A stretch of DNA of 63,757 nt, filler included. It is 6 parts of 6 records of this genome, joined end to end, with 100 filler letters (N's around TTAATTAATTAA, not from the genome) between each part and the next. Parts side by side here need not be neighbours in the genome. Positions count along the whole stretch, not along the records: positions 1 to 13,711 come from SRR20825010_1495; 5 more parts are not named here. One strand, written 5' to 3'. Both the position numbers and the translations under genes were made by a program. Under the pieces are notes generated by a model. The model saw only the letters and a list, made by a program, of their open reading frames with translations, searched no databases and had not been told where the DNA came from. This document shows, one piece after another, positions 1 through 7,832 of the stretch (the stretch's first letter is position 1; every line of letters begins with the position of its first letter).

Positions 1-522
1 CGAACACCCAAAGAAAACTCCCGCCAATAGTGCGTTTCGGTATTTGTGTTTTTCTTCAGTAAAAAATAAATAAAGTAAATAGATACAGACTATCATAAAT
101 CCGTGGGTGTAAATATCCCACTGACCATCGCGCGCAGAAGCAACAATATAAAATGAAGTCGCCATTATTAAGGCACTGATGAAGGCATATATTTTTTCTG
201 AAGTAAGTTTTTTGGCAAGTGTATATGAAATTAAAACGAGTAACAGCGTCATAATTGCAGCTGGTAGCCGAAGAGCCCATATGCTTTTTAATCCGAAGAC
301 AGCTGCTGAAAAAGCAGTTAACCATGTAGGTAAAGGTGGTTTTTGATATCGCGGTTCACCGTTGATGGTTGTAAGTAACCAATTGCCATCGTGAAGCATT
401 TCGCGCGCGGTAATAAAATTTCGCGCTTCCATAATATTTACGGGCAAAGAGTCTAAATTGACAAAGAAAATTGCGGCGCAGGTAATTAATAACAGCACTA
501 AATAATTATTTTCAATTTTCAT
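1..522 (-). CDS. ArnT/PMT-family (lipid-carrier-dependent) glycosyltransferase, 3' end runs off window
   Basis: Not in ORF track. Manual translation from ATG at 522: MKIENNYLVLLLITCAAIFFVNLDSLPVNIMEARNFITAREMLHDGNWLLTTINGEPRYQKPPLPTWLTA, with ArnT-like EAR...AREM...G.W...NG...KPPL..W motifs. Confidence 0.85.
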   Translation of the reverse strand, partial: MKIENNYLVLLLITCAAIFFVNLDSLPVNIMEARNFITAREMLHDGNWLLTTINGEPRYQKPPLPTWLTAFSAAVFGLKSIWALRLPAAIMTLLLVLISYTLAKKLTSEKIYAFISALIMATSFYIVASARDGQWDIYTHGFMIVCIYLLYLFFTEEKHKYRNALLAGVFFGCS

Positions 523-1144
523 GACCGACTTGTTTTTTCCAAATAAAAATATTGCGAACGTAAATAATAAGTCCGGCACCATGCCCAACTAAAAGTACAG
601 GATCTTGTCTAAAAATTCCGTAAGTTAAAATAAGTGATGCTCCTAGAACACTCATTCGCCAAAAACCAACAGGAAGTTGCGAGGTCTTCGTTTTTTCAGA
701 AACAATCCATTGATAAACAAACCGAAGCGTAAAAATTATTTGGGAAATAATTCCCAAAAGCAATAGCCACATTGGGATTGCGTCGTTTCTAAAAAGCTTA
801 TCTATATCGTATTCACCATTGTTGTAGGCATAAATAACAATGAAGATTGGGAAAATAAACAGAAATAATTGTAACCATTTAGGCGATTTTTGCCACTCAC
901 CTTGCAACTGTAAATTTCGGATGTAAATATAATAGGTTAAGGCTTGACCAAGCATAATTGCAAAATCGTCCCGTAAATGTCCATAAAGAAAAAGGAGAAA
1001 AGAGGCCAACAAACTTAATTTCCAAAATGCAGAAGGCGTTATAATCCGTTTGCTTTTTTCGGAAAGAATCCATTGTAAAATTAACCTTCCACTAAAAAGG
1101 ATTTGTGCCAAAAAACCAATGCTGTACACAATCCAATTGCTCAT
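512..1144 (-). CDS. Lipid-A-disaccharide synthase N-terminal (LAB_N) domain membrane protein, two repeats
   Basis: Two copies of Q..F..R...QWI.SEK......P..FW..S; hydrophobic; overlaps both neighbours. Confidence 0.85.
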   Translation of the reverse strand: MSNWIVYSIGFLAQILFSGRLILQWILSEKSKRIITPSAFWKLSLLASFLLFLYGHLRDDFAIMLGQALTYYIYIRNLQLQGEWQKSPKWLQLFLFIFPIFIVIYAYNNGEYDIDKLFRNDAIPMWLLLLGIISQIIFTLRFVYQWIVSEKTKTSQLPVGFWRMSVLGASLILTYGIFRQDPVLLVGHGAGLIIYVRNIFIWKKQVGHEN

Positions 1145-1851
1145 CCTTTGCTTTTAATCTCGTAGTTTATATATTTTTTCTTCATCCAAAGGTAAGCGAA
1201 ACAATCCATCAATGGGCCTAATAATCTGTTCCAAAGTCCAAATTTTGCGGTTCCAGCCATACGTGGAAAATGTTTTACAGGTACTTGCAGTACAGTGCCG
1301 TTTTGCAATAAAATCATTGCAGGTAAAAATCGATGAAGCCCTTTAAACATTGGTATTCGCTTGGCATAGTCTGTTTTAATTACTTTTAACGGACAACCAG
1401 TATCATCCATACCATCGTGTGTAAAAGTACGGCGTATTCCGTTTGCAATTTTCGAAGACATATTTTTCACAAACTTATCTTTTCTATCTGCGCGCACACC
1501 AGTAACTAAATCATAGTTGGAAATATGCTCCAATAATAAATTAAAATCCTCTGGTGCAGTTTGTAAATCACTATCAATATAGCCAACTAGCGGACTTTCA
1601 ACTGTGTCAAAACCAGCTTTTATTGCAGCACTTAAACCACGATTTTCTTTAAAAGCAATAAAGTGAAAAGCTTCATTTTTGTTGCAAATTTCTTCAATTA
1701 GCTTTTGGCTATTATCTTTAGAGCCATCATTAACAAAGAGAATAGAAGTAGTTTTTGCAGCAATCTTGGTATATGCTAAAAGCTCCTTTTCAACGCGCTG
1801 CAGGTTTTCTTCTTCGTTGTAAACGGGTACAATAATCGTGAATTCGTACAT
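1141..1851 (-). CDS. Family 2 glycosyltransferase (ArnC/polyprenyl-phosphate sugar synthase-like)
   Basis: IIVPVYNEEEN, VNDGSKD, DSDLQ, DTGCPLK, HRFLP motifs. Confidence 0.9.
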   Translation of the reverse strand: MYEFTIIVPVYNEEENLQRVEKELLAYTKIAAKTTSILFVNDGSKDNSQKLIEEICNKNEAFHFIAFKENRGLSAAIKAGFDTVESPLVGYIDSDLQTAPEDFNLLLEHISNYDLVTGVRADRKDKFVKNMSSKIANGIRRTFTHDGMDDTGCPLKVIKTDYAKRIPMFKGLHRFLPAMILLQNGTVLQVPVKHFPRMAGTAKFGLWNRLLGPLMDCFAYLWMKKKYINYEIKSKG

Positions 1852-1874
1852 TTATTTTTTTGAAAAGATTTCTA

Positions 1875-1882
1875 CAAAAGTA
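1875..1882 (-). promoter_or_regulatory. Bacteroidetes sigma70 -7 element (TACTTTTG) upstream of the GT2 operon
   Basis: Matches TAnnTTTG about 25 nt upstream of the GT2 start. Confidence 0.55.
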
Positions 1883-1947
1883 TTTCTTTTTTGAAGAATA
1901 CGGCAGACCGTTAAAAAAGATGTTATTTTGCAACTGAAATCAATTTT

Positions 1948-2886
1948 ATGAAAATACTTGTTACAGGTGCAGCTGGGTTTATTGGTTCGCACACTTCAGA
2001 AAGACTTAAGGAGCTGAAACACGAAGTTTTGGGGGTAGATAATTTTTCATCGTATTATGATGTTGCCCTAAAGAAACTAAACGTTAAAGCACTTTCAGAA
2101 AAAAATATTGAAGTGCTTCAAGTTGATCTTCGTAATGATGATTTAGCTGAAAAACTTCCAAACGACTTAGATTATATTTTTCATTTTGCTGCTCATCCTG
2201 GTATTTCCAATGCTTCAACGTTTGAGGATTATTTCAGTAATAATATTTTAGCAACACAGCGTTTGTTAGCGTATGCTGAAAATCTTTCAAAAAAACCATT
2301 CATTATAAACATTGCTACTTCTTCAATTTACGGATTGGAAGCCACTTTTCCAGAAACTGTTGCGCCGAAACCTGCTTCGTGGTATGGTGTTACCAAGCTA
2401 GCGGCAGAGCAATTGGTTTTAGCAAAAAGTCGCGAAAATAAACTAAATGGTACTTCAATGCGATTATTTTCCGTTTATGGGCCACGCGAAAGACCTGATA
2501 AATTATATACTCGTTTAATAGATTGTGGACTGAATAATAAACCATTTCCACTATTTGAAGGAAGCGAAAAACACCTTCGAAGCTTTACATATGTTCAGGA
2601 TATTGTGGATGGAATTGTAAGTGTAATTGGAAAAGAAACTATTTGTAATGGTGAAATTTTTAATCTAGGAACAGAAACGGAAAGTACTACTGCGCAAGGC
2701 ATAGCAACTGTTGAAGAGATTCTTCAAAAGAAAATTGGGACTGTTAAAAAACCACCTCGTGATGGTGACCAGTCGCGAACAAAAGCGAATATTGATAAGG
2801 CGCGAAAATTGCTTAATTACAATCCAACAACAACTTTAAAAGAAGGGCTTATTGCTCAAAAAGAATGGTTTGAAACTAATTTTTAA
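1948..2886 (+). CDS. NAD-dependent epimerase/dehydratase (UDP-glucuronate 4-epimerase-like)
   Basis: TGAAGFIG Rossmann motif, YGVTK catalytic motif, R.FSVYGP..RPD, RSFTYV.DIV. Confidence 0.85.
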   Translation: MKILVTGAAGFIGSHTSERLKELKHEVLGVDNFSSYYDVALKKLNVKALSEKNIEVLQVDLRNDDLAEKLPNDLDYIFHFAAHPGISNASTFEDYFSNNILATQRLLAYAENLSKKPFIINIATSSIYGLEATFPETVAPKPASWYGVTKLAAEQLVLAKSRENKLNGTSMRLFSVYGPRERPDKLYTRLIDCGLNNKPFPLFEGSEKHLRSFTYVQDIVDGIVSVIGKETICNGEIFNLGTETESTTAQGIATVEEILQKKIGTVKKPPRDGDQSRTKANIDKARKLLNYNPTTTLKEGLIAQKEWFETNF

Positions 2887-2909
2887 AAGTAAGTTTCCAA
2901 ACTTTCTTT

Positions 2910-3995
2910 TTATTCTCTTTTAATTAAAAGTAATTTTTCCGCAGCTTCAAAAGGTGTTGTTAAATTTTCATCCAAAGCTTTTAATTGTTTTTCAACTTCA
3001 ATTTTTATGAAAGGATTTGAATAAAAATCACTTTTTAGCCTACTTTCAATTGTTTGCATTAACCAAAATTTATTTTGCTCTTTTCTTTTATGTTGAAAGT
3101 AGCCATTACTTTCAACGGTTTTAAAATATGCTAAAACTAATTTCCAAATTTCAGTGATACCTTCATTATTTAAAGCACTGGATAGAAGCGTTTTTGGAGT
3201 CCAATCACTTTCTTTTGCAGGATAGAGATGAAGCGCGCGATTGAATTCGGTTTTGGCGAGTTTTGCAGCTTTTAGGTTTTCACCATCAGCTTTATTGATG
3301 ATTATTGCATCTGCCATTTCCATAATTCCGCGTTTTATACCTTGTAGCTCATCGCCAGCTCCAGCAAGTTTTAGCAATAAAAAGAAGTCTGTCATGGAAT
3401 GTACAGCAGTTTCACTTTGGCCAACACCTACGGTTTCAATTAGAATAACATTAAAACCTGCTGCTTCGCATAAAATAATTGTTTCTCGCGTTTTACGGGC
3501 AACACCTCCCAGCGTATCACCACTGGCTGATGGGCGGATAAAAGCATTTTTTTCCTTTACCAAATCTTCCATTCTGGTTTTGTCTCCAAGAATACTGCCT
3601 TTACTTATGCTACTGCTTGGATCTACGGTAAGTACAGCAACTTTTTTACCTTCAGAAACTAGGAGTTTACCAAAGCTTTCAATAAAAGTGCTTTTGCCTA
3701 CACCGGGAACTCCAGTAATTCCAATTCGGATAGATTTGTTTGCGTGAGGCAAACATTTTTCAATAATTTCTTTAGCTTGTTGTTGGTGTTTTTGCGCAGT
3801 ACTTTCAATAATAGTTATGGCTCGGCTAAGTGCAGTTTGATTTTTTTGAAGAATCCCTTCAACCAAAATTTTGGTGGAGGGTGTTTTCTTTAAATTTGTT
3901 TTAAGCTTTTTTGCAGCCTCTTTATTAAGGGTTTCTGGATATGAAACTCCTTTTATCTCTTGAAGTGCGCTTGTATTTCTTTTCTTTTCTGCCAC
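2910..3995 (-). CDS. meaB: Methylmalonyl-CoA mutase-associated GTPase MeaB
   Basis: GITGVPGVGKST, VDPSS...GSILGDKTRM, ETVGVGQSE, GDELQGIKRG, NKAD; GTG start. Confidence 0.93.
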   Translation of the reverse strand: MAEKKRNTSALQEIKGVSYPETLNKEAAKKLKTNLKKTPSTKILVEGILQKNQTALSRAITIIESTAQKHQQQAKEIIEKCLPHANKSIRIGITGVPGVGKSTFIESFGKLLVSEGKKVAVLTVDPSSSISKGSILGDKTRMEDLVKEKNAFIRPSASGDTLGGVARKTRETIILCEAAGFNVILIETVGVGQSETAVHSMTDFFLLLKLAGAGDELQGIKRGIMEMADAIIINKADGENLKAAKLAKTEFNRALHLYPAKESDWTPKTLLSSALNNEGITEIWKLVLAYFKTVESNGYFQHKRKEQNKFWLMQTIESRLKSDFYSNPFIKIEVEKQLKALDENLTTPFEAAEKLLLIKRE

Positions 3996-4010
3996 AGCGT
4001 GAATTTAGGA

Positions 4011-4018
4011 CAAATTTA
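4011..4018 (-). promoter_or_regulatory. Bacteroidetes -7 element (TAAATTTG) upstream of meaB
   Basis: Exact TAnnTTTG 15 nt upstream of the start. Confidence 0.5.
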
Positions 4019-4089
4019 TGAATTGGAACTTTTAAAAACGAGTTTAACTCAGTATCTTGAAATTTAATAATTTTAAAATTCAGAAAAAA

Positions 4090-4515
4090 ATGAAAACGTT
4101 ATACGAAGCAACAACGACTGTAAGTGGAGGCAGAAATGGCCATTTAACAACAGATGATAAAAAACTTGATTTAGAGTTGTCTGTACCTACTGAAATGGGT
4201 GGTGATGGTGGAAGTGGTACAAATCCAGAACAACTTTTTGGGGGTGCTTATGCTGCATGTTTTGGCGGTGCGGTACAAGTAATCGCTAAAAAGAAAAAGA
4301 TTGAACTTTCTGATGAGTTTAGTATTACTGCAACTATTGGTTTTTGCGAAGATGAAGACGGTGCATTTTTGGAAGCAACCTTAGATTGCTACCTGCCAGG
4401 TGTTGATGTTAAAACGGGTGAAAGTATTATTAAAAATGCTCACAAAATATGCCCATTTTCAAAAGCTGTTGAAGATAATATTACCGTAAACTTAAACTTA
4501 ATGGTTGATGAGTAA
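4090..4515 (+). CDS. ohr: Organic hydroperoxide resistance protein (Ohr/OsmC family)
   Basis: GGRNG, GTNPEQLF...YAACF, AH.ICPFSKA; ATG at 4090 preferred over the upstream TTG. Confidence 0.92.
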   Translation: MKTLYEATTTVSGGRNGHLTTDDKKLDLELSVPTEMGGDGGSGTNPEQLFGGAYAACFGGAVQVIAKKKKIELSDEFSITATIGFCEDEDGAFLEATLDCYLPGVDVKTGESIIKNAHKICPFSKAVEDNITVNLNLMVDE

Positions 4516-4540
4516 AATGAACTTATAAAAAATATAGCAT

Positions 4541-4574
4541 AATAAAAAGCCCTGAACTTTCAGGGCTTTTTATT
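4541..4574. terminator. Bidirectional intrinsic terminator between ohr and the convergent gene
   Basis: AATAAAAAGCCCTGAA-CT-TTCAGGGCTTTTTATT perfect inverted repeat with A/T tails. Confidence 0.85.
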
Positions 4575-5095
4575 TACATTGCTTTTAGGTTTATAACTTT
4601 TCCTTGGTCAGAATCTTTAGCAGCTTCCTCTTTTTTTTCTTCTTTAAATGGGGTTTTTTTGTGCTGTAAAGCAGCTTGTTTTATATACCATTCCAGTTGG
4701 TATTTTTGTTTTTCAAGAATTTCAAGAATACCGTCGGGGAGTTCTTTTCGTTCTAAAAGTTCTTCATATCTTTTTATGTTGTTTCTATCTCGGTTTATGC
4801 AAGACCTTACTATTGCTTCTGCATCAAAATACTCTATGGCTTCTTTTATTTCTTGCCAAGAACGATCTAAATTTCCTTTTTCAGAATCTTCTTTTAAAGG
4901 CTCAATGTCACGCGAGTGAAGTTCGTTAGAAATGTCATGACTCATTCTATTTCTTTCAACCGCCATATAATTTAAAAAGCGTTTTAAATCTGTAGTTTGC
5001 GCATCGAGCGCAGCATTGTAGTATAGTTTTTCCGCTTCAAAGCAAGCAACTAGCAAGCGGTTTAGTTTGTCAAAATCAGCGTATTTCTTTTTCAT
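4574..5095 (-). CDS. PA2169-family / DUF2383 ferritin-like four-helix bundle protein
   Basis: LN.LL....EAEK.Y..AA......LKRF....A.ER, G.L.R.W..IK, C...D......YE..L pattern. Confidence 0.65.
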   Translation of the reverse strand: MKKKYADFDKLNRLLVACFEAEKLYYNAALDAQTTDLKRFLNYMAVERNRMSHDISNELHSRDIEPLKEDSEKGNLDRSWQEIKEAIEYFDAEAIVRSCINRDRNNIKRYEELLERKELPDGILEILEKQKYQLEWYIKQAALQHKKTPFKEEKKEEAAKDSDQGKVINLKAM

Positions 5096-5183
5096 AAATG
5101 TACAATTTTACCAAAGTTAATATAAAAAGTGGGGTATTTAAAATTCTAATTATCAAATATTTCATAAAAAAAACAGTATATAT

Positions 5184-5210
5184 TGCAACATCTATTTTCT
5201 TTTGTCGTCT
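5184..5210 (+). promoter_or_regulatory. Putative ECF-sigma (autoregulatory) promoter TGCAAC-N16-CGTCT
   Basis: -35 AAC and -10 CGT motifs with a 16-nt spacer, about 35 nt upstream of the ECF sigma start. Confidence 0.65.
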
Positions 5211-5244
5211 TTTAATTGAACAGCAACCAAAAAAACCATCAAGT

Positions 5245-5790
5245 TTGTCTGATTTATTACTTATCGAGCAATGCAGACAGTGCAACCGAAAAGCGCAAAT
5301 GGCGCTTTATAAAAAATATTGCGGCGGCATGTTTATTATTGCCCAACGGTATTTAAAGGAAACCGCTGCAGCCGAAGATGCAATGCAGGAAGCCTTCATT
5401 AAAGCTTTTCAAAAACTGAGCCAATTTAAGGGAGACGTCACTTTTGGAGCTTGGTTAAAGCGAATAGTTATTAACACTTGCTTAGATACCATAAAGGCGA
5501 AAAAACTTGAGTTACAAACTTTAAACGATGAGGTTTTTACTGTTGTAGCTTCAGACGACGACTGGCAAATATCTGATGAAGCCACAGTATCAGAGATAAT
5601 GTATGCGATTGAAGAATTGCCTGATAAGTATAAATTGACAGTTAAATTATTTTTAGTGGAAGGATATGATCATCAAGAAATTTCAGAAATACTGCAGATT
5701 TCTGAAAATGCATCGCGAACTTATTTGCATCGCGGAAAAAGTAAATTAAAAGAAACATTAAAACATTTGCGTTATGGCACGGGATATTAA
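5245..5790 (+). CDS. ECF-type RNA polymerase sigma-70 factor
   Basis: AEDAMQEAFIKAF, FGAWLKRIVINT (region 2); LFLVEGYDHQEISEIL.ISENASRT.LHRGK (region 4). Start probably the TTG at 5245. Confidence 0.92.
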   Translation: MSDLLLIEQCRQCNRKAQMALYKKYCGGMFIIAQRYLKETAAAEDAMQEAFIKAFQKLSQFKGDVTFGAWLKRIVINTCLDTIKAKKLELQTLNDEVFTVVASDDDWQISDEATVSEIMYAIEELPDKYKLTVKLFLVEGYDHQEISEILQISENASRTYLHRGKSKLKETLKHLRYGTGY

Positions 5791-6382
5791 AGAAATGTTT
5801 GAAAATTATAGCCCAGAACCTTCGGAACTTTCAGAAGGACACGAAGCACGATTTGAAGCTAAGTTAGACAAAGCTTTTTCTGAAACAAATGCTTCAGAAA
5901 AAACAGCACCTATACCTTGGTTAAAAATAGCAGCAATGCTAGTTGTGCTTCTGTCTGTAGGTATTTTTGGATATCAGCAACTTTCTAAGTCAGACGTAGG
6001 TATTATAGATGACACTGCTGATTCAGTAGTTGAAACCACTACTGAAGATACGAACCCAAAACTTACTTTGGCAGATATTTCTCCAGATCTTAAAAAAGTG
6101 GAAGCATATTATATGACTGGAATCAACGTGCAATTGGCATCATTAAAAATAAATGATGAAAATAAAGACTTGGTTGATGGGTATATGTTACGACTTTCAG
6201 AGTTAGATAAAGAATACACCTTGCTTAACTCAGAACTTAGTAAAACAGGACCTTCAGAAGCTACTGTAACCGCTTTAATAGACAATTTGAAATTACGTTT
6301 GGAATTGCTGTTCAAACTTAAAAACAAATTAAAAGAACTTAAAAATCAAAATAATGAAGAATTTAAATCAATACAATCGTAG
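5774..6382 (+). CDS. Probable membrane-anchored anti-sigma factor
   Basis: Overlaps the ECF gene; GHEARFEAKL motif, single TM (WLKIAAMLVVLLSVGIFGY), C-terminal coiled coil. Confidence 0.6.
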   Translation: MARDIKEMFENYSPEPSELSEGHEARFEAKLDKAFSETNASEKTAPIPWLKIAAMLVVLLSVGIFGYQQLSKSDVGIIDDTADSVVETTTEDTNPKLTLADISPDLKKVEAYYMTGINVQLASLKINDENKDLVDGYMLRLSELDKEYTLLNSELSKTGPSEATVTALIDNLKLRLELLFKLKNKLKELKNQNNEEFKSIQS

Positions 6383-7751
6383 CGTACCATTTTTGTTGCT
6401 CTTGGTTACTTCAGTAGTTTTTTCACAAAAAAATTACGTAGAAAGTTTTAATGTAGCTGATAATGTAGAGGTTTCTGTGAGTACTTCTTATACAAATGTC
6501 GTTTTTGAAACTTGGAATAAAAATAAAGTTGAAGTAGAAGCATTCATTGAAGGTGAAAAACTTTCAGAAAAGGAAAAAGCGCAACTAATGAAAAACTGGA
6601 ACCTAAATATTACAGGAAACAGTAAGAATATTAGCATTAGTTCTAATTCAGAAAATCAATCTTTTGCAATTAATGGAATGCCTGAAATGGATTTTATTGG
6701 CCCTTTGCTAGACGGTTTGGTAATGCCAATGGTGCAAAATATAAAAGTGCCGCCATTTCCAGAAGGTGTTTTAGAGAACCTTGGTCATATTCAATTTGAT
6801 TATGAAGCATATCAAAAAGATGAAAAAGGGTATATGAAAAAGTTTGAAGCACAAATTGATAAAAAATTCGGAAAGGATTTTGAAGAAAAGATGGAAAAAT
6901 GGGCTGAAAGCTTTGAGCATTCTTTTGATGAGAACAAAGCAGATAGTATTAGTGAGGCTTACAGTGAAAAAATGGAAGCTTATGGCGATAAAATGGAAGC
7001 TTGGGGTGAAGCTTATGGAAGAAAGATGGAGGCCTGGGCAGAAAAGATTGAAAGAAAATTTGAAAACGGCAATCATTCCAAAACTGTAACTAAAACTCCT
7101 AATGGAACATCGATTGTAATTAAAGGTAACCGAAGTAGCACTAATTCGAGTAATGGCAAAAAAACCATTATTATTAGGTTGCCAAAAAATGCCAAAACCA
7201 ATGTTAACATTCGTCATGGTGAGTTAAAAATGGCAGATGCAAACAATATAAAGGCAAATTTAAATTACACGCCTTTTACAGCACAAAGTATTGATGGGGG
7301 ACAATCCCTCATCAATGCTTCCTATGCGCCTGTTGTTGTAAACACTTGGAAACAGGGCTCTTTAAACGTTAAATATGTAGATGAATGTACTATTGAAAAC
7401 GTTCAAAACATTAATCTTCAAGCAAATTCTAGTGATGTTAGGATTGGAAACATTACCAATCAAGCTTTTCTATCAGGTTCATTTGGGGATTTAAAGATTG
7501 ATAAAATTTCAGATGGTTTTGAAACTATTGATATAAGTTTAGAGAATACAGATGCTAAATTAAAAGTACCTACAGCTGCATTTTCGTTTTATTTCACAGG
7601 AAAAAAATCTACTTTAAAATATCCAAAATCACTTCAGTTGAAAGAATCTAAAAATGCAGATAGAGTATTGGTGAAGGGTTACAATCAAAGCAGTGGTACT
7701 ACAAAAACGATTAGCATTAGCTCTAATTATAGCAATGTTTCAATTCAATAA
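6354..7751 (+). CDS. Secreted DUF4097/adhesin-like beta-repeat protein with central KMEAW helical repeats
   Basis: Signal peptide, beta-rich N- and C-terminal regions, repeated EKMEKW/KMEAY/KMEAW; third gene of the ECF operon. Confidence 0.55.
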   Translation: MKNLNQYNRSVPFLLLLVTSVVFSQKNYVESFNVADNVEVSVSTSYTNVVFETWNKNKVEVEAFIEGEKLSEKEKAQLMKNWNLNITGNSKNISISSNSENQSFAINGMPEMDFIGPLLDGLVMPMVQNIKVPPFPEGVLENLGHIQFDYEAYQKDEKGYMKKFEAQIDKKFGKDFEEKMEKWAESFEHSFDENKADSISEAYSEKMEAYGDKMEAWGEAYGRKMEAWAEKIERKFENGNHSKTVTKTPNGTSIVIKGNRSSTNSSNGKKTIIIRLPKNAKTNVNIRHGELKMADANNIKANLNYTPFTAQSIDGGQSLINASYAPVVVNTWKQGSLNVKYVDECTIENVQNINLQANSSDVRIGNITNQAFLSGSFGDLKIDKISDGFETIDISLENTDAKLKVPTAAFSFYFTGKKSTLKYPKSLQLKESKNADRVLVKGYNQSSGTTKTISISSNYSNVSIQ

Positions 7752-7832
7752 ATAGTGTATGGTTTAAAAATTACATTACTTTTTTCAGTGGAATTCTTCA
7801 AGGTTAAAATAACTGCAAGCTAGATTTTTGTA

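Noticed and set aside
56-325. 89-aa ORF on the minus strand
   Set aside because: It lies in an alternative frame inside the ArnT-like gene, which starts at 522 and runs off the window.
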